In this document: positions 30,762 to 40,793 of the stretch, piece after piece
Position numbering within the stretch: the stretch's first letter is position 1
How the letters are laid out: the number at the start of each line of letters is the position of its first letter
Source of the DNA: Longimicrobiales bacterium
GTDB taxonomy: Bacteria > Gemmatimonadota > Gemmatimonadetes > Longimicrobiales > Gaopeijiaceae
Assembly: GCA_963422615.1 (NCBI GenBank)
Contig: OY730414.1
Span: forward strand, 248,001 to 312,000
Direction: 5' to 3'
DNA length: 64,000 bases
Position numbers and translations under genes: made by a program
The notes under the pieces: generated by a model
What the model was told of the DNA's origin: nothing
Seen by the model: only the letters and a program-made list of their open reading frames with translations
The model's database searches: none

Positions 30762-30922
30762 CTGGTTTCCGTAACAGAAGGCTCCGCAAGTCGGGCGCTC
30801 GTTTCAGCCTGGCCATCTCCTCGTTGGGTCTGGGCCTACCCGCTGCTCAAAACACAATGATTGCATTTTATGGCGTTATCTTGAAATAAGCTGACCTGTT
30901 ATCCCAGAAAGTGCAATAAGCC

Positions 30923-32098
30923 ATGCGACGAGGCGAGACCGGCAGGTACGAAGTCACGAGCGGCGGCGGTGAACGGGTACGCGCCTTCGTGCCGGCGGCG
31001 CTGCCTCCTGTTCCCCCCCTTGCCCTTCACGGGCCGTTGCAGTCGGTGCTCGAGGCGGCAACCCTGGCCGTCGGGCGGCTGGACGCCGTGGCGGCGCTCC
31101 TGCCGGACCAGGCGTTCTTCCTCTATTCCTACGTGCGCAAGGAGGCCGTGCTGTCTTCCCAGATCGAGGGGACGCAGTCGTCATTGTCGGATCTGCTGCT
31201 CTTCGAGTTGGAGGAGGCCCCCGGCGCCCCGTTTAATGACGTGGTGGAAGTGTCCAACCATGTTGCGGCGCTCGACCACGGACTGCGTCGCCTGGACGAA
31301 GGCTTCCCGCTCTCCAACCGCCTGATCCGCGAGATCCACGGCGTGCTGTTGTCGCGCGGGCGGGGCAGCAGCAAAATGCCCGGCGAATTTCGCCGTTCTC
31401 AGAGCTGGATCGGCGGCTCCCGGCCCGGTAACGCCGTCTTCGTTCCGCCGCCGCACACCGCCGTGCCCGACTGCATGGCGGCGCTCGAACGCTTTCTCCA
31501 TGCCGAAAACGACGGCCTGCCCGTACTGGTTCGGGCGGGGATGGCGCATGTCCAGTTCGAGACCATCCACCCCTTCCTCGACGGGAACGGACGGATAGGA
31601 CGGTTGCTCATCACCTTCCTGCTGACCGCGCGCGGCGTCCTGAGCCGACCCCTGTTATACCTCAGCCTGTACTTCAAGCAGCATCGCAGCGCCTACTATG
31701 ATCTGCTGAATCGCGTGCGCACAGACGGGGACTGGGAGGCGTGGCTGGATTTCTTCCTCGAAGGGGTGAGGGCCGCCGCCGAGGGCGCGTTTGGCACCAC
31801 CCGCCGGCTGGTGGAGATGTTCGAGGCGGACCGCGCCGCCATCGAAGGCCATGCCGGCCGCCGCGTCGGTTCGGTACTGCGGGTGTATGACGCGCTGAGG
31901 GCGCGGCCGATCCTGTCGCTGACCGGCGTGTGCGAGCGCACAGGCCTGTCCTTCAATGCTGCCGCTGCTGCCATGCGCTGGCTGGTCGAACGGAACATCA
32001 CTCGTGAAATCACCGGCAAACGCCGCGGCAGGCTGTTCGTCTACGACCAGTACCTTGCCATCCTCAACGAAGGGACCGAGGCGGAGGGCAGCGCATGA
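30923..32098 (+). CDS. Fic family protein with an N-terminal auto-inhibitory helix
   Basis: Catalytic HPFLDGNGRIGR motif; SSQIEG inhibitory motif; C-terminal HTH-like segment. Confidence 0.93.
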   Translation: MRRGETGRYEVTSGGGERVRAFVPAALPPVPPLALHGPLQSVLEAATLAVGRLDAVAALLPDQAFFLYSYVRKEAVLSSQIEGTQSSLSDLLLFELEEAPGAPFNDVVEVSNHVAALDHGLRRLDEGFPLSNRLIREIHGVLLSRGRGSSKMPGEFRRSQSWIGGSRPGNAVFVPPPHTAVPDCMAALERFLHAENDGLPVLVRAGMAHVQFETIHPFLDGNGRIGRLLITFLLTARGVLSRPLLYLSLYFKQHRSAYYDLLNRVRTDGDWEAWLDFFLEGVRAAAEGAFGTTRRLVEMFEADRAAIEGHAGRRVGSVLRVYDALRARPILSLTGVCERTGLSFNAAAAAMRWLVERNITREITGKRRGRLFVYDQYLAILNEGTEAEGSA

Positions 32099-32140
32099 AC
32101 TACCGAAAGCCTGTCTGGCACCCGAACGAACATCCTACCC

Positions 32141-35100
32141 CTACCCCACCGGCCTCCCCGGCGTCCACGGCACCCCCGCTTCGTCCAGTGCCCCCCGGAA
32201 CTCCACCATCCTGGTCAGGAGCGCGTTGAGGACCGCAACCTGTTCGTCCAGTGCCGGACCCACCCGGGCCAGGACGGCACGTTCCTGTTCCGTGGCGGGC
32301 GCGAACGCCTGGTGAAGCCCGTTCGCGTCGGCCAGCTGGCGCTGCAAGGGCACAGGCCCGTCGTCGTCCTGGCCGCCGCCGAAGAACCCCCCACCCCCAC
32401 CGCTCCCCCGTAACGCCGTCAGAACACTATCCAGGCGCGTCTTCAGAGAATCGGCGCCCGCGCGCAAGCGGCCCCGCTCACCTGCCGCAACACCTTCGTC
32501 ACCGGCCCCCGACCCCCCGCCCCGCTTCAGCGCGGCTTCGATTCCCTCCAGCTCCTCCACCAGCGCCTCCCCCTGGCGAACCGCCATTCGCACCGTCGCG
32601 GACAGCTCCCGGTGGCGTAGCCGCAGCCCCTGCAATTCCGCCAGCTGGGGCCGGGTCATCCCGACGAGATCGTCCAGGATCACGGTGAAGGAGCGTTCCA
32701 GCATGATCGGACGGCTCCTACCGGCGTCGCCTTCGCCCTCCCCTTCCGCCCCGTCAGCCGGGGTAATCGTCAGCCGCGCCGTGTACTCCCCGGGAAGCGC
32801 AGGAGACCCTCCGGCCCCACCCCTGAAACCGCCAAAACCACCCCCGGGCGTCCCGCCGCCCTGTTCCGGCGGCCCGGACCACGGTGGGTCGAGCCGCAGG
32901 TCCCACTGCACATGGTGAAGCCCGGCACCGCTGGACGCCTCCAGGGCGCGCACCACCCGGTCGTCCGTCCCAAGCACTTCAAGCGCCAAATCTCCCTCCG
33001 CTCTCTCCGGCAAAAAATACGACACCGTCGCCCCGTACGAAGGGTTCTCAGCCGTGTAGTTCCGGTCCGCGTGCGTACCCGTCGTCGGGGCCGTGTTCAC
33101 CACGAAGGCAAGGGGATCGGCCACGGGGAACATGTACGGCCCGTCCGCCGCCTTCGCTTCGGCCAGCCGCAAGAACGGCGTCAGGTCGTCGATCACGAAG
33201 AAGCCCCTGCCGTGGGTCGCCACGACCAGGGCGTTGTCCCTGGGGTGAATCTTGATGTCGTGGACCGGGGACGGAGGAATGCCGTTTTCCAAGGGCAACC
33301 AGGAGGACCCGCCGTTCAGAGACACAAAGGGCCGGATCTCCGTCCCCACGAAGAGCACGTTCGGATCTGCGGGGTGCTCGGCAAAGGCCCTGACGTTGCC
33401 GAAGTCCGGCAGATCACCGGCAATGGAAGTCCAGTTCTCACCCCCGTCCGTGCTCTTCAGGACATAGGGCCGGAAATCGTTGCTGCGGTGGCCATCGAAA
33501 GTGGCGTACAACGTGGCTTCGTCGTGAGCAGACCAACGCACTTTGCTGACGTAGGTCGTGTCGGGAACGCCGGGAAAGCCGCCGCTCCACACCCGCCACA
33601 ATCGTCCGTCGTTCATGGTGACGGACACGCTCCCGTCGTCCGATCCCGCCGCGATGAAGCCGGGACGAAGGCCGGAGACGTGCATCGTGGAAATATTCGA
33701 AAAGACGGCGGTGCCCTGGTGGCGGGAGACCGCATCGTCGTCGGGGATCTGTCCCATCATGGGCAGACTGTCCCGGTCAATCTTCCAGGTCAGGTCCCCT
33801 CCCAGTACTTCCCAGGAATCCCCTTGGGTCGTGCTCTTGAAGACATGGTTCCCCGCAAAGTACACCGTTGACGGATCGTGAGGCGAAATCTGGATCGGAG
33901 CACTCCAGTTGAAGCGGTAGGCATCCTCCCCCGGTTCGGGTCGGGGTCGGATCGACTTCCGCTCCCCCGTGCGGCCGTTGAAACGCACGAGGTTGCCGTT
34001 CTGGGACTCGACGTAGGCGATGTTGTGGTCCCTGGGGTCGATGGCCGCAAAGAATCCGTCACCCCCGGCCATCCGGTACCAGTCCGCGTTGCCGATCCCC
34101 ATGCTGTTCCGGGTCCGGCTCGGCCCGCCCCAGGTGGAGTTGTCCTGCAGGCCGCCGTATATGCCGAAGAAGGGCTCCTGCATATCCACCCCGACCGCGT
34201 AGAACTGACTGATGGGCAGGTTCGGCGAAAAGTCCCAGGTCGCTCCCCGATCATGAGAGACGTAGAAGCCCCCGTCGTTCCCCAGCAAGAGGTGGGCGGC
34301 GTTCTCCGGATTGATCCAGAGGGCGTGGTGGTCCACATGGACCGACCGGGCGATCCGCTCCCAGGTGACCCCGCCGTCCTCGGACCGCTGCAACGGCACA
34401 CCCAGATGATAGACCACCTCCGGGTCTGCGGGATCGACCCGTATCTGGCCGAAGTACCACGGAATCGACGCGATATCGCTTGTCTTTCGCCACGACGATC
34501 CGCCGTCGTCCGTCCTGTAGACGCCCTGTTCCGACCCTTCGATAACCGCATACAGGGTGGCCGGGTGCACCAGACTGATGTCGAGACCGATGCGTCCCAT
34601 GTCGGACGTGGGCAACCCACTGCTCAGCTTCGTCCACGTGGCACCGGCGTCGGTCGTCTTGAAAATGCCGCTGCCGGGACCGCCACCCACATAGCTGTAG
34701 GCCCGTCGCTCCCGCTGAAGGGCAGAGGCGTAGAGGACGTCCGGATCGGATGGGTCCATGACCAGGTCGGTGACCCCTGTGTGAGCATCAATGGTGAGCG
34801 CGGCTTCCCAGGTTTCACCGCCGTCGGTGGTCTTGAAGACACCCCGTTCGCCTCCCGCCCCCCAAAGCGGACCCACCGCGGCAACGTACACCACATCCGG
34901 ATCCCTGGGGTGAATGACGATCCGCCCGACGTGCTGGGACGTCCGCAATCCCATATGGCGGAAGCTCTGCCCTCCGTCCTGGGACTTGTAGACCCCGTCG
35001 CCGTAAGACGAACTGCGCATGTTGTTGGGCTCTCCGGACCCCACCCAGACGATATTCGGGTTTGAGGGCGCAACCGTCACGTCTCCCATCGAGCCCACGC

Positions 35101-35437
35101 CCGCGTCGTCCAGAACCGGCTCCCATGCAACGCCCCCGCTGGTGGATTTCCACACCCCGCCAGTGGCAGCCGCAATGTAGACGACGGTCCCCAGCCTTCC
35201 TTCTCCGGGGCCCGAAGATCCAGCCACCGCGATGTCCACGACCCGCCCGCTCATGACCGCGGGCCCGATGGACCGGGCTCCGATTCGGTTGACGAGGGCC
35301 CGGTCCGAAAGGTCCGCCGCGCCGGTGCCCGGCGACCCGCCACCTCTGCGTCCCTGCTGCAGGGCGTCCACGGCAGACCCGGGAAGCAAGAAAAGGAACA
35401 ACACGACGGGGAGCGATGACAAGATCCGATGCGACAT
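32141..35437 (-). CDS. Exported VPS10/BNR (Asp-box) repeat protein, glycosyl-hydrolase-like
   Basis: IGPAVMSGRVVD, many S/T-x-D-G-G-x-T/S-W repeats, GGLQDNS, THGRG. Confidence 0.85.
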   Translation of the reverse strand: MSHRILSSLPVVLFLFLLPGSAVDALQQGRRGGGSPGTGAADLSDRALVNRIGARSIGPAVMSGRVVDIAVAGSSGPGEGRLGTVVYIAAATGGVWKSTSGGVAWEPVLDDAGVGSMGDVTVAPSNPNIVWVGSGEPNNMRSSSYGDGVYKSQDGGQSFRHMGLRTSQHVGRIVIHPRDPDVVYVAAVGPLWGAGGERGVFKTTDGGETWEAALTIDAHTGVTDLVMDPSDPDVLYASALQRERRAYSYVGGGPGSGIFKTTDAGATWTKLSSGLPTSDMGRIGLDISLVHPATLYAVIEGSEQGVYRTDDGGSSWRKTSDIASIPWYFGQIRVDPADPEVVYHLGVPLQRSEDGGVTWERIARSVHVDHHALWINPENAAHLLLGNDGGFYVSHDRGATWDFSPNLPISQFYAVGVDMQEPFFGIYGGLQDNSTWGGPSRTRNSMGIGNADWYRMAGGDGFFAAIDPRDHNIAYVESQNGNLVRFNGRTGERKSIRPRPEPGEDAYRFNWSAPIQISPHDPSTVYFAGNHVFKSTTQGDSWEVLGGDLTWKIDRDSLPMMGQIPDDDAVSRHQGTAVFSNISTMHVSGLRPGFIAAGSDDGSVSVTMNDGRLWRVWSGGFPGVPDTTYVSKVRWSAHDEATLYATFDGHRSNDFRPYVLKSTDGGENWTSIAGDLPDFGNVRAFAEHPADPNVLFVGTEIRPFVSLNGGSSWLPLENGIPPSPVHDIKIHPRDNALVVATHGRGFFVIDDLTPFLRLAEAKAADGPYMFPVADPLAFVVNTAPTTGTHADRNYTAENPSYGATVSYFLPERAEGDLALEVLGTDDRVVRALEASSGAGLHHVQWDLRLDPPWSGPPEQGGGTPGGGFGGFRGGAGGSPALPGEYTARLTITPADGAEGEGEGDAGRSRPIMLERSFTVILDDLVGMTRPQLAELQGLRLRHRELSATVRMAVRQGEALVEELEGIEAALKRGGGSGAGDEGVAAGERGRLRAGADSLKTRLDSVLTALRGSGGGGGFFGGGQDDDGPVPLQRQLADANGLHQAFAPATEQERAVLARVGPALDEQVAVLNALLTRMVEFRGALDEAGVPWTPGRPVG

Positions 35438-35529
35438 GACAGCTCCGAACTGGTGGATGAGTTGGACCCGAACCGGCCCCGCCGGTTTGTCTCGTGCAGA
35501 AACGGTCCCTTTAGGCGGGCGATCCTAAG

Positions 35530-35603
35530 TGCGCCCGGGAGGACTCGAACCCCCAACCCCCTGATCCGAAGTCAGGTGCTCTATCCGATTGAGCTACGGG
35601 CGC
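35530..35603 (-). tRNA. tRNA-Arg(TCG)
   Basis: Cloverleaf; anticodon arm CCTGA-CT-TCG-GA-TCAGG; no encoded CCA. Confidence 0.93.
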
Positions 35604-35796
35604 CGACAACAGGGAAGCATAATGGCCGATGGAATCCCGGACCGCAAACGCGCGAATGCCTTGCGGCAAACTCGACAGCGAATTCGCCGCGTGCACGGAA
35701 GCCGTACCGCCCTGCACCGGGCGGTACTCACTGATTCCGGAGATGCAAAAGGCGCAGGAGATGTTCGGATCTGCTGGGCGGCTGGAGCCCCGGCGA

Positions 35797-35824
35797 TTGA
35801 CCCCCGGGACATCTCTGGTACCTT
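35797..35824 (+). promoter_or_regulatory. Putative sigma70 promoter of rplU-rpmA
   Basis: TTGACC-N16-TACCTT; same -10 hexamer as the tRNA cluster promoter. Confidence 0.5.
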
Positions 35825-35899
35825 CCTACATGGGACTGACGGTACTGTAATGTTACTGTTGGTCCTGTGTCGGACTCCCACTACCATTGAGGACCTGTG

Positions 35900-36211
35900 A
35901 TGTTTGCGGTTATCAGAACGAAGGGCAAGCAGTTTCGCGCCGAGCCCGGAGCCACGCTGCGGGTACCCGCGCTGAACGCCGAAACCGGAACCACGGTGAC
36001 CTTCGATGAAGTCCTTTTGGCGTCCGAAGGAGACCGGATTTCCGTCGGCGCTCCCACCGTGCCGGGTGCGAGGGTGACCGCAGAAGTGCTGGCCCGGGAT
36101 CGAACGCCCAAGATCACGGTCTTCAAGCGCAAGCGTCGCAAGGGATACCGGCGGAAGCAAGGACATCGCCAGGACTTCACCGTGGTCCGCATCGCCGAAA
36201 TCGTGATCTAG
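35900..36211 (+). CDS. rplU: 50S ribosomal protein L21
   Basis: MFAVIRTKGKQFR...FKRKRRKGYRRKQGHRQDFT. Confidence 0.97.
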   Translation: MFAVIRTKGKQFRAEPGATLRVPALNAETGTTVTFDEVLLASEGDRISVGAPTVPGARVTAEVLARDRTPKITVFKRKRRKGYRRKQGHRQDFTVVRIAEIVI

Positions 36212-36220
36212 GAGTTATTC

Positions 36221-36478
36221 GTGGCCCACAAGAAAGGCGTAGGTTCGTCAAGAAACGGACGCGACAGCAACCCGAAGCGGCTGGGCGTCAAGCGCTACGC
36301 GGGTCAGCGGGTCCGTGCGGGAAATATCCTGATCCGCCAGCGGGGAACCCGCTTCCACCCCGGAAACAACGTGGGACGGGGCAGGGACGACACCCTCTTT
36401 GCCAAGCAAGACGGCGTCGTAAAGTTCGAAAACCTCCGTCGCCGCCGAGTCGTGTCCGTCTACCAGGACAACGCGTAG
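36221..36478 (+). CDS. rpmA: 50S ribosomal protein L27
   Basis: [24 protein letters not shown]. Confidence 0.98.
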   Translation: MAHKKGVGSSRNGRDSNPKRLGVKRYAGQRVRAGNILIRQRGTRFHPGNNVGRGRDDTLFAKQDGVVKFENLRRRRVVSVYQDNA

Positions 36479-36582
36479 CTCCCAAACCCCTCCCGTCCCG
36501 GCCCCCAAGGGGGGTCCTGGTCGCCACGGGGATTGTGGCCCCGGTCGGTTGCCGCAATGTCTGGGGTCGGTGAGCCGTCGCT

Positions 36583-39500
36583 TTATCCCCCCCGCCGCCT
36601 GGGGACCGCCCGCCGCCTGGGGACTGGGACTTCTTTCCCGAGGCTGGGCCGGACCCCTGCTTCGTTCAGGCGCCGATGGAAGGATGGCACTCGTTGGGTA
36701 ACGTAGACGTTCACCTCTTCCACAAGCGGAGGCACGCGGGTCCAGGCGCGCTCAATGGCCCGGAGCTGGGCGGGGGTCGGCGGCCCCGCATTGCGCTCAA
36801 TTCCGAAAGCCGCCCTTCCCGGGCCGACCTCCTGCAACGCGTCCCGCAGGGAATCCACGGCAGCCGCCAGAGAAGCCGCTTCGTCCTGGAGCTCCGCCAG
36901 CGCAGTGGAATCCGGGGACGAATCGGAGTCACCGGCTTCCCCGATGAGGGCCTTCGCTTCGCCTAGCTGGTCCGAGAGTCGTTGCAGGGCCCGCACGGCC
37001 AGCATGACCGTAGCGGTGATGGCGGAAGCATCCCGAGCGGCGTTGTGCCGAGCCCTGAGGGCGGCCATGTCGGCGTCGGCCCGGGGGTCCAGGCGAACGA
37101 GGATCTCTTGCTGCACGATCTGGTCCCCCCGTTCGAGCTGAACCACGTAGGCCCCGGGCAACACAAGAGGCCCGGACGCTGCATTCCCGAAAAAACGACC
37201 TCCGCCTCCGGCACTCGTTTCGTCTTCCCGCGGGACATCGACGGGAGGATCCTCCCGAAGGTCCCAGATGACCTGCCTCATGCCCGCTTCTCCCGAGGCT
37301 TCCAGCGCCCGTACCCTCTGGCCCGTGGGCGACATGACCGCCAGGGTCGGCGCGTCCCCGTCTTCGGCCAGCCAGTAGCGAAGGACGGCGCCGGCCGGAG
37401 GGTTCTCTGCCTCGTAGATGTCCCCTCGAAACGGCCATCCGCCCAATCGGAACCACTGGGTGGCGGTCGCCACCGGGAACACGTAGACCTCTTTGTCGAA
37501 GACCTGTCCGGCGGCCATGTGTTCAAGGGGCGCCAAGTCGTCGAGAATCCAAATGCTGCGACCGTGGGTGCCCACGACCAAGTCGTTGTCCCGAGGATGG
37601 ATGACCATGTCGTCCACGGGAACGGTCGGGAGGCCCTTCATCGAGTGCCAAGAGGCCCCGCGGTCCAACGAGATGAACACGCCGACCTCGTTTCCAGCAA
37701 AGAGGAGATTCTCGCTGCGCGGGTGTTCTCGCACGACGTTCACGGACCAGCCGGGCAACCCGTTTGTGATCCGACGCCAGGAAGCCCCGTAGTCCTCGCT
37801 CGCATAGATATACGGCTGGTAGTCGTCGTTCCAGTGACGGTCGAAGGCCGCATATACCCTGGCCTCCGTGTGGTGGGAGGCATCAATGCGGCTCACGTAG
37901 GAGTTTTCGGGCAGCCCGGGCACATCCTCTGCGACTTGGGTCCACGAAGCTCCGCCGTCACGGGTGACCTGCAGGTTGCCATCGTCGGTTCCGACGTAGA
38001 TCAGGGTCGGGGACAGGGGAGACTCATCAATGGTGGTGATGTTGCCGTAGTTGTTCGTGCCGTCGTGACGGGACAGGGTCTCGTCGGTCACCAGGGCACC
38101 CATGATCGGGAGGGAATCGCGGTCGATCGCCTGGGTCAGGTCGGGGCTTACCTCCTCCCACGTCATCCCCCGGTCTCGGGATCGCATGAGGTGGTTGTTC
38201 CCCACATACACCGTGTTCGGGTCGTGACGGGACACAACGATGGGGGCGTTCCAGTTGTAGCGGTACGTCCGGTCTTCGTCGGCCTCGGTTCCCGCCTCGG
38301 GATCGGGGTCCCCCGGGTCACGGGGTGCCGGGCGCATGTTGAGCACTTCTCCAGTCGCCAGATTCACTCGCCCGGAGTTTCCACCCTGGGACTCGGTGTA
38401 GAGGATGTTCGGGTCGCTCGGATCGAACTGGTTGTAGAAGCCATCTCCACCCCATACATCGATCCAGTCACGGTTCCTGAGGCCATAACCGGTGATGGTC
38501 TCGTTGGGCGCGCACCAGGAACTGTTGTCCTGGAGACCTCCGCACACCCGGTAGGGATCGCTCATGTCCACGCCGATCTCATAGAACTGACCAATGGCCA
38601 TGTTGTTGTGGTGGCGCCAATTGCGGCCTCCATCCCAGCTCGTTGCAACCCCTCCGTCGTTGCCCAGCACAAGGTGGTTCGAGTTATCGGGATTGATCCA
38701 CAGCGCGTGGTGGTCTACATGGATGCCTTCGGCAACGTCCCCCTCCCGCCACGTCTTTCCACCGTCGTCGGAGGCCGAGAAGCGCACGCCTCCCAGGTAG
38801 ATCCGCTCTGGATTGTTCGGGTCGACGCGCACCATGCTGAAGTACATGGGGCGGGGGTTTCGGCTCGACACCTTCTCCCAGCTTTCCCCCCGATCCTCGG
38901 ACCGGTAAAGGCCCCGCCCGGCGTTCGCAGACTCCACGACTGCGTAGACCCGGTGGCCGTCGCGGCGGTACACATCAATGCCGATACGTCCCTTATCCCC
39001 ATCGGGAAGTCCCCGGGTGAGTTCCGCCCAGCTTTCGCCGCCGTCGGTGGTTCGGTAGAGACCGCTCCCGCTCCCGCTCGCACTGAATCCGAAGACCGTG
39101 CGCCGACGCTGATACATCGCCGCGAAAAGCGTGCGGGGATCGGAAGGATCCATCACGAGATCGATGGCACCGGTGTTCTCGTCCACATAGAGCACCCGTT
39201 CCCAAGTCTCCCCGCCGTCCCGGGTCCTGAAGACCCCGCGCTCCTCGTTCGGCCCGAAGAGATGGCCCACAGCGGCTACGTAGGCGATGTCCGGGTCGGC
39301 GGGATGAACCGCGATCCGGGCAATGTGGCGGGTATCGCTCAGGCCCACGGCGATCCAGGTACGCCCCCCGTCAACCGACTTGAACACACCGCACCCATAA
39401 GGCGAACTCTGGCGGTTCTGAGGTTCCCCGGTACCCACCCAAACCACATTCGGATTCGGCTGAAAGACGGTGACGTCGCCGACGGAAGAACAAGGCTGGT

Positions 39501-39768
39501 CGTCAAAGAGCGGGGTCCACGACATCCCGTGGTTCTCGGTGAACCAGACGCCGCCCGAAGCCAGCCCCACGTAGAAGCTCGTCGGCTTCGATTCCACCGG
39601 GGCGATATCCGCCACCCGGCCACCCATGATCGCGGGCCCGATCTCACGGAACTCGAATGCGCCCAGAATTTCCTGAAGCGGCGGCTGTGGGGGCGACTGG
39701 GCCAGGGCCGCAGGCCCCGTGAGGAGAGCGGCGGCGAAAACCGCACCTGGCGGGAGACGGTGGCTCAT
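36583..39768 (-). CDS. Exported VPS10/BNR repeat protein (paralog of 32141-35437)
   Basis: REIGPAIMGGRVADI, Asp-box repeats, GGLQDNS, GTHGRS. Confidence 0.85.
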   Translation of the reverse strand: MSHRLPPGAVFAAALLTGPAALAQSPPQPPLQEILGAFEFREIGPAIMGGRVADIAPVESKPTSFYVGLASGGVWFTENHGMSWTPLFDDQPCSSVGDVTVFQPNPNVVWVGTGEPQNRQSSPYGCGVFKSVDGGRTWIAVGLSDTRHIARIAVHPADPDIAYVAAVGHLFGPNEERGVFRTRDGGETWERVLYVDENTGAIDLVMDPSDPRTLFAAMYQRRRTVFGFSASGSGSGLYRTTDGGESWAELTRGLPDGDKGRIGIDVYRRDGHRVYAVVESANAGRGLYRSEDRGESWEKVSSRNPRPMYFSMVRVDPNNPERIYLGGVRFSASDDGGKTWREGDVAEGIHVDHHALWINPDNSNHLVLGNDGGVATSWDGGRNWRHHNNMAIGQFYEIGVDMSDPYRVCGGLQDNSSWCAPNETITGYGLRNRDWIDVWGGDGFYNQFDPSDPNILYTESQGGNSGRVNLATGEVLNMRPAPRDPGDPDPEAGTEADEDRTYRYNWNAPIVVSRHDPNTVYVGNNHLMRSRDRGMTWEEVSPDLTQAIDRDSLPIMGALVTDETLSRHDGTNNYGNITTIDESPLSPTLIYVGTDDGNLQVTRDGGASWTQVAEDVPGLPENSYVSRIDASHHTEARVYAAFDRHWNDDYQPYIYASEDYGASWRRITNGLPGWSVNVVREHPRSENLLFAGNEVGVFISLDRGASWHSMKGLPTVPVDDMVIHPRDNDLVVGTHGRSIWILDDLAPLEHMAAGQVFDKEVYVFPVATATQWFRLGGWPFRGDIYEAENPPAGAVLRYWLAEDGDAPTLAVMSPTGQRVRALEASGEAGMRQVIWDLREDPPVDVPREDETSAGGGGRFFGNAASGPLVLPGAYVVQLERGDQIVQQEILVRLDPRADADMAALRARHNAARDASAITATVMLAVRALQRLSDQLGEAKALIGEAGDSDSSPDSTALAELQDEAASLAAAVDSLRDALQEVGPGRAAFGIERNAGPPTPAQLRAIERAWTRVPPLVEEVNVYVTQRVPSFHRRLNEAGVRPSLGKEVPVPRRRAVPRRRGG

Positions 39769-39968
39769 GGGAACTCCTGGGTTGATCGGACTGCCGATGC
39801 CCCCGCCGGACGAACGCCGGGGTGCCCGAATCCTGCTGAAGCCGGATGACTCGGGGGCGGATCGGCTTCGGCGTCCATTTTTCGCCAAACCGGTTCCGAT
39901 TGCAACCCCTGCCCTCCAACGTGCAGCCGGAGGGACATGGCCCAAGCGACAAACTCCTCGCCCGAGAA

Positions 39969-40052
39969 CGGAGGCGGAGGGACTCGAACCCCCAAGTGCT
40001 CGCGCACGCCGCATTTCGAGTGCGGTGCCTTACCAGTTAGGACTACGCCTCC
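39969..40052 (-). tRNA. tRNA-Ser(CGA)
   Basis: CCGCA-CT-CGA-AA-TGCGG; long variable arm. Confidence 0.92.
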
Positions 40053-40220
40053 AGGGTTTAGAGCAACGGTTGCGTCCTGCGACTCATGCCCGCGGTCCAG
40101 AGCGGTATCAGGCCCGACGCAGGAGCCCGGGCACGTCCCATGTCGAGACCGTCCAACAAGGCGCCAGGGCTCAACGCGACAGGGCTGCCAAAAGGGATCT
40201 TTCCCGCTCGGCAACGACAA

Positions 40221-40294
40221 TCGGGGCGCCCGGATTCGAACCGGGGACCTCTGCGACCCGAACGCAGCGCTCTACCGGACTGAGCCACGCCCCG
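40221..40294 (-). tRNA. tRNA-Pro(CGG)
   Basis: CTGCG-TT-CGG-GT-CGCAG. Confidence 0.93.
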
Positions 40295-40302
40295 AAAAAC
40301 CG

Positions 40303-40455
40303 CCCCACTCCAACCGCTCGCTTACGCTTCACGGACGGGGTGGGATTGACCTTCGGCTGCCCGCCTCCGGTCGTCTCCAAGCCCTTGGGCTCCGCCCAAG
40401 CCCTCTCCGGCTCGACCCCGTTCGAACCCCACTCCAACCGCTCGCTTACGCTTCA
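40303..40455 (-). repeat. tRNA-Ser(GGA)-linked repeat: one 124-bp unit plus a 29-bp partial copy
   Basis: Unit 40332-40455 ends in AATCCCACCCCGTCCG, the last 16 nt of tRNA-Ser(GGA). Confidence 0.95.
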
Positions 40456-40540
40456 CGGACGGGGTGGGATTCGAACCCACGCGGGCAATATGCCCACACG
40501 ATTTCCAGTCGTGCGCCTTAAGCCACTCGGCCACCCGTCC
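40456..40540 (-). tRNA. tRNA-Ser(GGA)
   Basis: CACGA-CT-GGA-AA-TCGTG. Confidence 0.93.
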
Positions 40541-40793
40541 CGCTCAACGGAGGGAGTGGGATTGACCTCCGGCTGCCCGCCTCCGGTCGTCTCCAAGCCC
40601 TTGGGCTCCGCCCAAGCCCTCTCCGGCTCGACCCCGTTCGAACCCCATTCCAACCGTTCGCTTCGCTCAACGGAGGGAGTGGGATTGACCTCCGGCTGCC
40701 CGCCTCCGGTCGTCTCCAAGCCCTTGGGCTCCGCCCAAGCCCTCTCCGGCTCGACCCCGTTCGAACCCCATTCCAACCGTTCGCTTCGCTCAA
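40541..40793 (-). repeat. tRNA-Ser(GCT)-linked tandem repeat: two identical 123-bp units
   Basis: cggagggagtgggatt recurs at 40548, 40671 and 40794; each unit ends in the last 16 nt of tRNA-Ser(GCT). Confidence 0.95.

Noticed and set aside
40303..40793. tRNA-linked repeats as a CRISPR array feeding the Cmr complex
   Set aside because: The units are about 123 bp and essentially identical with no unique spacers, and they lie 16 kb from the cas genes
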